Source of the DNA: Desulforhopalus sp.
Lineage (GTDB): Bacteria > Desulfobacterota > Desulfobulbia > Desulfobulbales > Desulfocapsaceae
Length of the DNA: 64,000 bases
Reading direction: 5' to 3'
Assembly (NCBI GenBank): GCA_047619065.1
Contig: JBLHNA010000014.1
Span: 14,863-78,862, forward strand
The position numbers and the translations under genes were made by a program. The number at the start of each line of letters is the position of its first letter. The stretch's first letter is position 1. Below, piece by piece: positions 30,336 through 40,243 of this stretch. Under the pieces are notes generated by a model. The model did no database searches and was not told the origin of the DNA. It was given only the letters and a program-made list of their open reading frames with translations.

Positions 30336-30905
30336 ATGAGTATATTTTTGATCGGGCTTCTTCTATTTTTGGGCATTCATTGCATTTCAATTGTAAACGA
30401 TCCATGGCGAGAGCGAATGGTGGGTAAAATTGGTAAATGGGGTTGGAAAGGAATCTACGGGCTTGTATCAATTTTCGGCTTCATATTAATAGTTAAAGGC
30501 TATGAAATAGTCCGTTATGATGCCGTTTTATTATATACCCCGCCTTCATGGCTCCAGTATTTTTCATTATTACTGTTTCTACCTGTCTTTCCACTTCTAG
30601 TAGCGACCTACTTCCCAGGACGCATTAAATCTGTAATTAAACACCCAATGCTGATCTCAACGGTACTCTGGTCAGTTGCACATCTACTTTCAACCGGGTC
30701 GCTCGTTAACGTTATTTTATTTGGTTCGTTTCTTGTCTGGGCTGTTATAGATCTCGCATCAATAATGAACCGCCCGCCGCGTGCAATCCCAGGTGCGCCA
30801 CCTTCAGCTTTCAACGATATAATTGCATGCGTTGCCGGCCTTGGTCTCTTTCTCACTTTTGGCTTCTGGTTGCATGAATATATCTTTGGTATTGCACCAT
30901 TTTAA
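30336..30905 (+). CDS. NnrU-family integral membrane protein
   Basis: MSIFLIGLLLFLGIHCISIV...WR....GKWGWKGIYGLVSIFGFILIVKGY matches the typical NnrU N-terminus. Five hydrophobic segments. Confidence 0.6.
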   Translation: MSIFLIGLLLFLGIHCISIVNDPWRERMVGKIGKWGWKGIYGLVSIFGFILIVKGYEIVRYDAVLLYTPPSWLQYFSLLLFLPVFPLLVATYFPGRIKSVIKHPMLISTVLWSVAHLLSTGSLVNVILFGSFLVWAVIDLASIMNRPPRAIPGAPPSAFNDIIACVAGLGLFLTFGFWLHEYIFGIAPF

Positions 30906-31040
30906 GGAAAGAGGATACACACTCGCCATTAGTTATTTTCAAATTGCACATTAAATAGGCGGGCTAAGTAATGTTGCTTTTTGACAGATGACCTGAAGTA
31001 AGGTGTTAATAAAACGATGGATCTCAATGGAGGTAGTTAT

Positions 31041-31718
31041 ATGCCACGCGACACAATACTGTTTGATGTCAATGAAACTGTTCTAGATCTCAGTTCATTG
31101 AAACCAAAGTTCAAGACAGCTTTTGGAGATGAATCTGTTACAGCAACCTGGTTTTCGATGCTTTTGCACTCATCGACTGTTTGCATAGTAACTGGTGTGA
31201 AAACCAACTTCGCTACCTTAGCTGGCACAATGCTAGATACAATATCGGCGCGCTTAGGTGTGAAAATTTCTGATAAAATGCGGGGAGATATCCTCAAAAG
31301 TTTTGCCAGCCTCCCTCCTCATGAAGACATTAAGCCTGCTTTAACCCGCCTGCGCGCTACCGGTTACCGTACAGTGGCTTTCTCAAATTCATCTCTTGAT
31401 CTAGTAACTACTCAGATCGGTAACGCAGGCCTGACTGAGTACTTCGACGAGATAGTCTCCGTCGAAGAAACTGGAAGTTTTAAGCCTGATCCTAAGGTCT
31501 ATGAATTTGTTGCAAGGCGTGTTGGGCGCCCAATAGATGAGTTACGTCTCGTCGCCACCCACGATTGGGACACACATGGTGCGTTATCTACGGGAATGCA
31601 CGCTGCATACATCGACCGCTCTCGTGCACCCTATCATCCTCAGTACCGCCTACCAGATGTCAATGCAACAACCATGGAAGCCATTGTTGAGCAGATCATT
31701 GCAGTGGATAAAATGTGA
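31041..31718 (+). CDS. HAD-superfamily hydrolase, haloacid dehalogenase type II-like
   Basis: ILFDVNETVLDL (motif I with Asn at the second acidic position, as in L-2-haloacid dehalogenases), AFSNSS (motif II), VATHDWDTHGA. GGAGG RBS before the ATG at 31041. Confidence 0.7.
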   Translation: MPRDTILFDVNETVLDLSSLKPKFKTAFGDESVTATWFSMLLHSSTVCIVTGVKTNFATLAGTMLDTISARLGVKISDKMRGDILKSFASLPPHEDIKPALTRLRATGYRTVAFSNSSLDLVTTQIGNAGLTEYFDEIVSVEETGSFKPDPKVYEFVARRVGRPIDELRLVATHDWDTHGALSTGMHAAYIDRSRAPYHPQYRLPDVNATTMEAIVEQIIAVDKM

Positions 31719-31898
31719 AAACTGAAATCGTATCTGACAGGTTCTATTTTGAGTTTCAATTTATTCTGACATTTTGCAATTTGTTGTTTTTTCTGTACCT
31801 GTTTAAAAGTATTATCAACAAATGAACTATCTGAAAATGGAGCAATACTTTAGAACATTTTAGTTATTTAGAATTGTGCTTCTCTGCTCTCAGGATGT

Positions 31899-31948
31899 AC
31901 AGGAATAGGGTAAATTTTCAGATTTGCTTAAATGGTTTACATTGCCAA
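31899..31948 (+). repeat. Copy A of a ~50-bp dispersed intergenic repeat (core TTTGCTTAAATGGTTxACxTTGCCAA)
   Basis: ACAGGAATAGGGTAAATTTTCAGATTTGCTTAAATGGTTTACATTGCCAA. Compare copies at 49998-50047(-), 55513-55550(+) and 57221-57270(+). Confidence 0.75.
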
Positions 31949-32244
31949 CAACAGTCTCTAGTTAAGAGATTATTGAAGTAATAAGATCTTCGGTATGGCT
32001 AGCTAAATGGCTGAACTGCTTAGCGGATGGACACTGGAACTCTGGGTGGTTCAATTCTAAATCCTGTTACATACAGTATTCACGTTTAACTTTGGCGATA
32101 CGGATTAAAAAAAAGAACACCACAAAGTGCAGCCCTTTTTCCTTGCCTTTTGTTGCTCTAGCTATTTATCCAGTTGGTGAAACGCTTATGTGTTTTTTTG
32201 CATGGGCCCTAAGTCCCCTTTTTTAGTTGGGTCTACTCCTATGC

Positions 32245-33366
32245 TTATCTTAATCTGGCAAGTTTTACCAACTGGTCCACAGGAGGAGTGAAGCCAACCC
32301 CATAACCTTCCGGGAGCTTGACGTAGCCGTTGGTAGGACTGATTGAGCTTGCTGGTGCCATATCATAAAACGTGGTGTGGAACTGATGCAGCTCGATATG
32401 GATAATTTCCTTGCAGCAGGCTGCGAGTTGCATTGCAACCGCTTCTGCAAAAAAAGTAGACGAGCATTGCAATGTTACAGGCACAGAATTGACCCTTGCC
32501 AGCTCGATCAACTTTAAACTTGCGGTAATTCCTCCTACCGCTATACATGAAAATTGCATTATCCCCAATGCACCTCGTTCCATCAGTGCACGAAAGATTT
32601 CGATACGAGACTCGGCTTCGAACGCTATGACAGGTATACCGATATCCTGATTGAGCCACACCATCGAGTCCCAATCATCAGCAGGAAATGGAGCTTGTAT
32701 CGCTGCTACCGCAACCTCCTTCCAATGAGGGTGCCACTTACTAACTAATTCTCTGTTCATTCCGTAAACGGCATCCAGAATCAGTGTTGTCTCGGGACCA
32801 ATTGCTGTTCTTACTGCGTAAAGCCTCTCTAGGTCACGTTCAAATGACAGTGCACCGGTTTTCATTTTTACTATATTGTGACCGCAGCCTACGTGACTGG
32901 CGAGCTCATATCCCAGGTCTTTAGCCGACTGATTCTTTTTATACAGTCCGCTGCTCGCGTAGACAGGAATGGATCGGTTGAATTCGCCAATCAGAGCTGA
33001 AATTGGTTTGTCAGATGTTTTTCCCGCAATATCCCATAAGGCTATGTCGATTCCGCTGAGAGCTGACGCCGTGATTCCATGGCGTCCCGAAAGCACCGTG
33101 CTTCCCCAGATGGCATTCCAAATGGCATTGATGGCGTCTGTCGGTTGCCCAATAACCTTAGGAACGATTTCAGTCTTCAAGAATTCAACTAATGCAGCAG
33201 CCGATTCATCAAACGTCCAGCATTCTCCCCAACCGAAGAGATCGTCACTACAAATGAGTTGAACAAAAACGGCTTGTTTTTTATACCAAGTCATCCTTGG
33301 GTTAGAAGCAGTGCCGTCCATTTCTCTATTGTGTAGATAGATATTGATCTCTCGGATGGTGTTCAT
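32245..33366 (-). CDS. Enolase-superfamily enzyme (mandelate racemase / muconate lactonizing family)
   Basis: N-terminal capping domain with GWGECW, followed by TIM-barrel acid-residue strands (LILDAVYG, IAFEAE). Confidence 0.8.
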   Translation of the reverse strand: MNTIREINIYLHNREMDGTASNPRMTWYKKQAVFVQLICSDDLFGWGECWTFDESAAALVEFLKTEIVPKVIGQPTDAINAIWNAIWGSTVLSGRHGITASALSGIDIALWDIAGKTSDKPISALIGEFNRSIPVYASSGLYKKNQSAKDLGYELASHVGCGHNIVKMKTGALSFERDLERLYAVRTAIGPETTLILDAVYGMNRELVSKWHPHWKEVAVAAIQAPFPADDWDSMVWLNQDIGIPVIAFEAESRIEIFRALMERGALGIMQFSCIAVGGITASLKLIELARVNSVPVTLQCSSTFFAEAVAMQLAACCKEIIHIELHQFHTTFYDMAPASSISPTNGYVKLPEGYGVGFTPPVDQLVKLARLR

Positions 33367-33393
33367 ATAGGCCTCAGAAAATAACTTTCCAGT

Positions 33394-34311
33394 CTAAACG
33401 CACTCTTTTTCAAGTAATTGATTGTATAATTGTCCAAGTCTTTCAGTAACTGGCCCTTTATTTCCGTCTCCTATCACACGTCCATCCACATTTGACACAG
33501 GCTTTACTCCACCAAAGGTTCCGGTTACGAATGACTCCTCAGCAGAGTATACTTCCATAAGCGAAAAGTCTTTCTCATACACCTCGATATCGTTTTCTTT
33601 GCAAAGGTTGATGATATTTCTCCTGGTGACACCATGCAGGCAGTATTTACCTGTTGAAGTCCAGACTTGGCCTTCTCTTACTATAAAGAAACTTGTCGAA
33701 TTACAGGCTGCGACAAAACCATGAGGATCAAGCATTAAACCTTCATCAGCACCGGCATTGGTCGCCTGGATGCACGCCAATATGCAATTAAGCTTACTTA
33801 ACGGATGAAGCTTGGGATCCATAACATCTGGTTGCCCTCTTCTAACATGAACTGTAAAGAGATTGAGGGGATCACTTACCCCCGTAGTAATTTTATATTC
33901 AGGAATAATGACTAGGGTAGGTCCGCCAACATTTACCCGTGGATCCTGATAAGGAGTTTTTTTAAGTCCCCTTGAAATCACCATTCTGATATGAACATCA
34001 GTTTCCATATTGTTGGCTTTAAGGGTTGCGTAAATAGCTTCCACGATCTCATCATCAGTCATGTCCATGGTCATGTCCAACGCTTTTACGTTTTCATTGA
34101 GACGCCGCATATGCTCTTTAACAAAAGCAAGTTTGCCTTTATGGAGTCTAAAACTTTCCCACATACCATCACCCAGCAAGAAACCGCTGTCGAAAACTGA
34201 AATTTTGGCCTCCGCTCGGTGAACTATTTCCCCATTTACATATATTTTTATGTTCTCATTTCGCTCATCTATTTGAAATGTATGTGTGCCGCCCATATCT
34301 ATTCTCCTCAT
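33394..34311 (-). CDS. Class IV (branched-chain / D-amino-acid) aminotransferase
   Basis: ISVFDSGFLLGDGMWESFRLHKGK, CNSTSFFIVREGQVWT, LHGVTRRNII. Confidence 0.8.
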   Translation of the reverse strand: MRRIDMGGTHTFQIDERNENIKIYVNGEIVHRAEAKISVFDSGFLLGDGMWESFRLHKGKLAFVKEHMRRLNENVKALDMTMDMTDDEIVEAIYATLKANNMETDVHIRMVISRGLKKTPYQDPRVNVGGPTLVIIPEYKITTGVSDPLNLFTVHVRRGQPDVMDPKLHPLSKLNCILACIQATNAGADEGLMLDPHGFVAACNSTSFFIVREGQVWTSTGKYCLHGVTRRNIINLCKENDIEVYEKDFSLMEVYSAEESFVTGTFGGVKPVSNVDGRVIGDGNKGPVTERLGQLYNQLLEKECV

Positions 34312-34534
34312 TATTTATTTCAACTCAACAGAATTCCTGGTTACTTTATCCGGGGATCAGATGCAGTATGCCCTTTTCATGAAAATCACCTTCATTATTA
34401 CAGCCATCATGGAGGTGGCTCTTTTAGCCACTTTGTTCGACTTGTATAAATAAACAGTTGTAAATTTAACAACAGGTGGATGCTTGTATGCACCCACCTG
34501 TGTAGCAAACACTCCACAGCCCTTTACAAAATTC

Positions 34535-35476
34535 TTATTTTTTTTCTAACAGGGCTTTTATGTTTATTGCATTTCGGGCGTACTCAGACTCAATAAACGT
34601 TTTGGTTTTATCGGAATCCATATAAGCAGGAGTCATACCCAATTTTTCAAGATCAGATGTAAATCCTTCTGAGGCAACAACTTTTTCAAGTGCTTTTTCA
34701 AGTTTTTCCATAATATCGTCAGGTATATCTTTAGGTGCTACCAAGGTTATGAATTGACTATAAAAAACTTCTTTTCCTAATTGAGTTACTGAAGGTATTT
34801 CAGGTAATTTGGCAGATGATTCCGGAGCGAGAATAGCAAGAGCTTTAAGATCGTGTTTTGCCAGAACCCCTGCAGTAGCTGTGTACACAGCAACTCTGTT
34901 TGCAGCCATTGCCTGGAGTGCACCTGCATCCCCTTTAAAGGGGACATGCTTCACGTCTAAATCGAAGCTTTTGAAGAGATCTTTACCTGCAAAATACGGA
35001 ACACTACCAGCACCAGAAGAAGCCCAGTAGTATTTACCTGGATTAGCTTTCATATCAGAAACCATAGAATCAAGATCATTCCATTTAGAGTCCTTACGGA
35101 CAAGCACAAGATATGGGTCGTAGCTTGCTCTTCCGACAAATCGAAATGACTCAAGTGGATTGTAAGGTAATTTTCTCATGTGGGGATGCATAACCAGTGG
35201 TGCACTTGGTATTACTCCAAGGGTATATCCATCGGGTTTAGCTGAGACAACAGCTTTACAACCATTCATTCCTGCAGCACCAACAATATTTTTAGGCGCA
35301 ACGGTCACATCAAGAACATTTTCCATTTCTTTAGCAAGAATTCTTGCCACAATATCAGTCTCTCCACCTGCACCGAAAGGAATTACAAGCGTGAGACTCC
35401 TGCTTGGGTACTCGCCAGCTAGGGCGTTACCCAAGGTTAAAAACATAATAATTGCAGTCAGAATCAATTTTTTCAT
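34535..35476 (-). CDS. tctC: Tripartite tricarboxylate transporter substrate-binding protein (Bug/TctC family)
   Basis: Signal peptide MKKLILTAIIMFLTLGNALA, then YPSRSLTLVIPFGAGGETD. Confidence 0.85.
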   Translation of the reverse strand: MKKLILTAIIMFLTLGNALAGEYPSRSLTLVIPFGAGGETDIVARILAKEMENVLDVTVAPKNIVGAAGMNGCKAVVSAKPDGYTLGVIPSAPLVMHPHMRKLPYNPLESFRFVGRASYDPYLVLVRKDSKWNDLDSMVSDMKANPGKYYWASSGAGSVPYFAGKDLFKSFDLDVKHVPFKGDAGALQAMAANRVAVYTATAGVLAKHDLKALAILAPESSAKLPEIPSVTQLGKEVFYSQFITLVAPKDIPDDIMEKLEKALEKVVASEGFTSDLEKLGMTPAYMDSDKTKTFIESEYARNAINIKALLEKK

Positions 35477-35511
35477 AACAGACCTCCTGAGGTATTTGAT
35501 GATGAGCTGCT

Positions 35512-37008
35512 CTATCTTTTGGCAGCTTGTAAAAACGATTTTAGAATCGGCATTAATAAAAACATCGCTGCAACAAAAAATAGAACCATTGCAAGCGGTG
35601 AACTTCCTACATAGCTGACAAGTGACATATCCCCTTTGTAAATTGCAGCCTGACTCATATTAAATTCAAGTTGAGGGCCAAGAACATAGCCAATCAGAAG
35701 AGGTGTAATTGGAAAATCATAAAGTCTCATGGCGAAAGCGAGCAGTCCAATAACCAACGCAACCGGAATATCAAAGAAAACTCCGCTTGGAATATAAACA
35801 CCAATAAGAGAACAAACGACAATCAAACCAAGCAGTACGGGTGTTGGAAAATTAATAATTTTATCAAACGCTCTGATCACAATATAAGATGCAGGAATTA
35901 TAAGTAGATTTGCAATAATCAAGAGGATAAAGCAGGAATAAACTACAGTAGGATTATCTACCATAAGACGAACTCCGGGAACAATCCCGTGTAATGTCAT
36001 AGCTGCAAGCATCAGAGCAGTAGCTGGCTCGCCCGGTATTCCTAAAGCCAAGGTCGGAATCAACGCACCCCCGGTAATTGCATTATTTGATGCTTCAGCT
36101 GCAATGAGACCATCAGGTTCACCTTTTCCGAAATTGTCACCATGAGATGAGAGTTTCTTTGCAGTAGTATAGCTGACGAAAGTTGCAGCCGTTGCACCTA
36201 CTCCTGGCAGTATTCCTAAGCCTATACCGATCAGAGAAGAACGGAGAAGGTTTGATACACGACCTTTCCATTGTACAATTTTCGGAAATATAATTTGCTT
36301 GCACCGCACCGGTGTCACGGCTTTGGCTGCACGTAACTCATGAATTCTAACAAACACTTCAGCTAGAGGAAAAATCCCAACGACGACCGGCATAAGAGAA
36401 ATTCCACCAGCCAGATTTTCCGAGCCGAAAAGAAAGCGCATCTCTCCGCTTACAGGATCACTCCCTATCGTTGCAAGTAGAAGTCCCCCAATGCCCATTA
36501 AAATGCCCTTGACCTGATTTCCTTCAGACAAAGTGCTGATACAGGCCAAACCCATGCATATTAGACCTGTGATTTCAAGCGGCCCTCCATACTTAAGCGA
36601 AAGCTGAGCCAGCTGTGGAGCTGCAATAATTAAAGCCAAACAAGACAAAAGCCCCCCAATAATCGAGGCTGTAGTTACCCAACCCAAGGCTTGGGCTGCC
36701 TCTCCCCTTTGGGCCATTGGATAGCCATCCATCCCTGTGGCGGCTGACTGTGGTGTACCCGGAGTGTTTATGAGTACTGCTGAGATTGACCCTCCATAAA
36801 TAGAGGAGCCATAAACACCCATAAGTAGAGCAATGGCAGAGATAGGATCCAATTGAAGTGTAAAAGGTAAACAGACTACAATGGCTACACAGGTGCCTAA
36901 ACCGGGCATTGCGCCAATAATGCACCCAAAAACGACGCCAACAAACAGAACCAGAATCACCTCTGGCGCAAAACTCATAGACAACGAAGCAGCGATTTGA
37001 CTAAACAT
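35512..37008 (-). CDS. tctA: Tripartite tricarboxylate transporter large permease
   Basis: 498-aa polytopic protein. GAMPGLG ... GILPGVGA ... GIPGEP are TctA signature loops. Confidence 0.9.
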   Translation of the reverse strand: MFSQIAASLSMSFAPEVILVLFVGVVFGCIIGAMPGLGTCVAIVVCLPFTLQLDPISAIALLMGVYGSSIYGGSISAVLINTPGTPQSAATGMDGYPMAQRGEAAQALGWVTTASIIGGLLSCLALIIAAPQLAQLSLKYGGPLEITGLICMGLACISTLSEGNQVKGILMGIGGLLLATIGSDPVSGEMRFLFGSENLAGGISLMPVVVGIFPLAEVFVRIHELRAAKAVTPVRCKQIIFPKIVQWKGRVSNLLRSSLIGIGLGILPGVGATAATFVSYTTAKKLSSHGDNFGKGEPDGLIAAEASNNAITGGALIPTLALGIPGEPATALMLAAMTLHGIVPGVRLMVDNPTVVYSCFILLIIANLLIIPASYIVIRAFDKIINFPTPVLLGLIVVCSLIGVYIPSGVFFDIPVALVIGLLAFAMRLYDFPITPLLIGYVLGPQLEFNMSQAAIYKGDMSLVSYVGSSPLAMVLFFVAAMFLLMPILKSFLQAAKR

Positions 37009-37020
37009 TAATCTCCCCCA

Positions 37021-37485
37021 TTATCCAAAAAGTGCCAAGATACCTCTTGGCATGGAAATATTTAACAATTGCTCAAATACGAACCAGAATAGGAATGCGA
37101 TAAACATTGCGGTTGGGATAATAACCTTAATATCTCGCATACCCTCATATAGAAAAAAAGCGATTAAAAAAAGAAAACTAGAAAGAGGCAAGCCGAGAAC
37201 AGGAAATAAGAAAAAGTATGAACCTATAAGAAGAGTAACAACAAACAGTGCCCTTCGACTCTTCGATACATCAACTTTCACCAGCGATTTTTTGCCACTG
37301 ATAAAATAAATAAGTGAGATGAAAATCCAACCGTAAATAAGCCAGGTAGGATAAGCCATAGGAGACATTACCAATGAATCATCCTGAAATCCCGGCTCAA
37401 AAGTCAAAGCTGAGTATAGAAAAACTCCTCCTAGTGCCATAAAGACAAGCGCTGTAACACGATTTCTGTTGAAAAATTGCTGCAT
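37021..37485 (-). CDS. tctB: Tripartite tricarboxylate transporter small membrane protein
   Basis: Four hydrophobic segments, positioned upstream of tctA. GGAGGG RBS before the ATG at 37485 (the track start at 37545 is less likely). Confidence 0.65.
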   Translation of the reverse strand: MQQFFNRNRVTALVFMALGGVFLYSALTFEPGFQDDSLVMSPMAYPTWLIYGWIFISLIYFISGKKSLVKVDVSKSRRALFVVTLLIGSYFFLFPVLGLPLSSFLFLIAFFLYEGMRDIKVIIPTAMFIAFLFWFVFEQLLNISMPRGILALFG

Positions 37486-37664
37486 GGGACCCTCCATAAA
37501 TTTTGCTCTGCTGGCCAATAAGATGGATGTCAATCTGAATGTCAACTAAACACTACATTATATATTATTTCGAGTCAATGCCAATTTTATTCATGTCAAT
37601 TACCTGTAATTCTGATGTTATATACAAAGTTGTAATAATAAGCGCCCCACAACCAAGCTTAAAC

Positions 37665-37693
37665 TTGACATTCAATGCTACTTTTTGTATAGG
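37665..37693 (+). promoter_or_regulatory. Possible sigma-70 promoter of the gntR-like gene (TTGACA-N17-TATAGG)
   Basis: TTGACA at 37665-37670, a 17-nt spacer, TATAGG at 37688-37693. Lies about 30 nt upstream of the TTG start. Confidence 0.3.
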
Positions 37694-37725
37694 TCTTACA
37701 TAACCACAGAAAAGAGGAACAACAA

Positions 37726-38880
37726 TTGAAGACCTTGAAAAACATAGAGATTGAGACCTACAGGCAAGATCTTGAGAAGCTTCGCTCTTACCTCTCAAGC
37801 AGGCCACGCGACCTACTTCTGCTTGAGCTTTTGCTGCAGAAAAACTGCACAACTAAGGAAATTCTTAAAGTTAAGGTGAAAGACTTGAATTCTTGCAAAG
37901 AGAACAAAGTGCTAACACTAGCTTTAGGTAACGAGACTAACGGGCCGATAATGACAGCCTCGATAAAAAGCAGTTTCAAGCAATTGCTGCTACATGGAGA
38001 AATTGACAATGAACAGCTTTTATTTAAATCGAGAAAAGGTGACAAACAGCTCACCACAACCAGCGTTTCTCGTCTCATCCGAACGTGGTTGAAAAAAGTA
38101 AACCTGACGCAATACAAAGGATTGCCGGAGCTGAGACAAAAACTCGGTCCTTTAACGATACCCGACAAGCCTGAAGGCAGACCGGATCCAAATAAGCTTA
38201 CGTTGTCAACCACTGCCGAGCCAGAATCTATCCAACAGATCGTCTATAAGCATCTTGTAAAAAATATAATTTCCGGGGCTGTGGCCCCTGGCCAAAGGCT
38301 CTTTCCAAATAAAATTGCCAAACTGATGAACGTCAGCACAACTCCAGTTCGTGAAGCACTGAGCCGACTCGAAGCAAAAGGCTTTGCCACGCATCATGAA
38401 AAGCGGGGCTGGGCGGCTTCTGAATTATCTAAAACAAAGTTTAAAGAGATTTTTAATCTAAGAATTCTATTGGAATGTGAGGCAATTTCCCTCGCAGCCA
38501 CCAGACGCTCACAGGAAACTTTAAAAAAAATTGAAACGGCACAACTCTATTACGAGCAGGTCGACAAAGAAAACGATCCGGTCAAACTCCTTGAAGCCAA
38601 TAGGGTTTTTCATATGCTTGTCTATAGGGATGCCGGTTCGGAGGTCATGCAAACCATAATCAATCAGCTGTGGGATTTAAGCAGCCCATACCACCATATT
38701 CTTTTTCGGCAATCCATCCTGCCCAAGCCCACCGTTGGAATTGACCATCATATAAAAATCGTACAGGCACTATCGGATAAAAAACCGGAAGATGCTATGT
38801 ACTGGCTAAAAGAAGACATAGTTAAACCGGTGGATTTTATAATTAAACTTTTTAATATGTATGCAAAATCAATAGAGTAG
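37726..38880 (+). CDS. GntR/FadR-type regulator (wHTH + FCD) with an extra ~170-aa N-terminal domain resembling a degenerate tyrosine-recombinase catalytic core
   Basis: wHTH: LFPNKIAKLMNVSTTPVREALSRLEAKGFAT. FCD region: FNLRILLECEAISLAA...ANRVFHMLVY. N-terminus: RPRDLLLLELLLQKNCTTKEILKVKVKDL ... LLFKSRKGDKQLTTTSVSRLIRTWLKKVNL. Confidence 0.8.
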   Translation: MKTLKNIEIETYRQDLEKLRSYLSSRPRDLLLLELLLQKNCTTKEILKVKVKDLNSCKENKVLTLALGNETNGPIMTASIKSSFKQLLLHGEIDNEQLLFKSRKGDKQLTTTSVSRLIRTWLKKVNLTQYKGLPELRQKLGPLTIPDKPEGRPDPNKLTLSTTAEPESIQQIVYKHLVKNIISGAVAPGQRLFPNKIAKLMNVSTTPVREALSRLEAKGFATHHEKRGWAASELSKTKFKEIFNLRILLECEAISLAATRRSQETLKKIETAQLYYEQVDKENDPVKLLEANRVFHMLVYRDAGSEVMQTIINQLWDLSSPYHHILFRQSILPKPTVGIDHHIKIVQALSDKKPEDAMYWLKEDIVKPVDFIIKLFNMYAKSIE

Positions 38881-40243
38881 TAACAACAGGAGGTGATAGG
38901 GGGCAGTATAGAATCTCAGACAAAACAACACTAAGTTAGTAATAACAGAATATTCTTTTACAACTACTGGAAGTTCGAAAAACGACATTTTGCGACAATG
39001 ATCTAAAAAGAGATCTATTGGCAATTTAAATGATTGAGTCAATTCTGCATATTAAGCTTACTGACCAGGTTATCTCAGCAATTGATAGTTGAATGTAGCA
39101 TTGCCACAACGAGGCTAATCAATGTTGAATTACGCTCCAACGAAAGGTATTTCCTGATCAGGTATTCTCAGAAACTGAGGCTTCCGTTTAACCTTGCCAA
39201 ATCGAAGATAAGCAGTCTTGCCTTTCCCTTTAGTTTGAGATGTTTCCTGTCCATTTCAGAAATAACTCCTCATGAAGGTAAATTGAACAGATTTTAGTGC
39301 CTCAAACGGCAGTAGATACGTCTTTTGCGGTGTGACTTTACCTTACCAGAATTTCTTGCAAAACATTAAACTGCTCCTGCAGCACCTACCTTTCTGCTCG
39401 TTTTCGAATGATAGAGGGGGCACCTTTCTCCTCTTTTCTTTTGTTTCGTTGATACGGTAATACTGCCAGCCATACCGCCTCACCACTTACTTTTGTGCAG
39501 AAAACATGACGGTGAGCCGACCAATGACCCAGGATATGGAGCTATATTTTGGTGAAGATATAGAGTTGAAGACCTATCTGTCTGGCTGAGTCTTGACAGG
39601 AAACACCTCAAGTTGGAGCTATTGACTCGCTTCGTTACCTTCGACCTGGCAATGTCAAGCCCAACGCTCAGTTACCAAATTTACACTGTCTTTGGTAAGG
39701 TAAAGTCTGCAGTTGCTCCATTTTCCTACAGTTTTAATGAAATGTCGGGTTCTACCTTATCAATGATAAAGTTAACCTACATCCCTTCTTATTTAGTTAA
39801 GATTGCCATTCGCATAGTTTATAGTGTTATTCTTTTGATCGAGTACCATTCCGGGTGGTGCGGATGCCGTGATTAGCCCAAACTCTTTTCCTGTTCAAAT
39901 CTGTATTTGCAACAAAAAATGAGATTGGGCCTCCCTAACTCATGCATAAGAAAGGCATTGATAAAATTTGCTAGGCAATGTGATTTTCCACTCAGCTGAC
40001 AAGCCTGGTGAATTGGTTGTAACGGTTGATGCAAAAAACAACAAGGCAGCCCTGACCATCTGATGAAGGTAGACTCCGAATCTCTTTTTCAAGATCATTC
40101 GTGTCTTATATTTTCACTCGCCATGAAGATTTTAGATTCAAATGTTTGTTATTTGGATTGATATATTTATTTCACAAAGTATAATATAATCAATATGTTT
40201 TCACTGTAATAGCATTCTTTTCTTTTATAGGGTGACTCTACAC

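Noticed and set aside
32030-32070. GGTTCAATTCTAAATCC resembling a tRNA T-arm
   Set aside because: No acceptor stem, anticodon arm or D-arm can be built around it. I found no tRNA, rRNA or tmRNA gene anywhere in the window.
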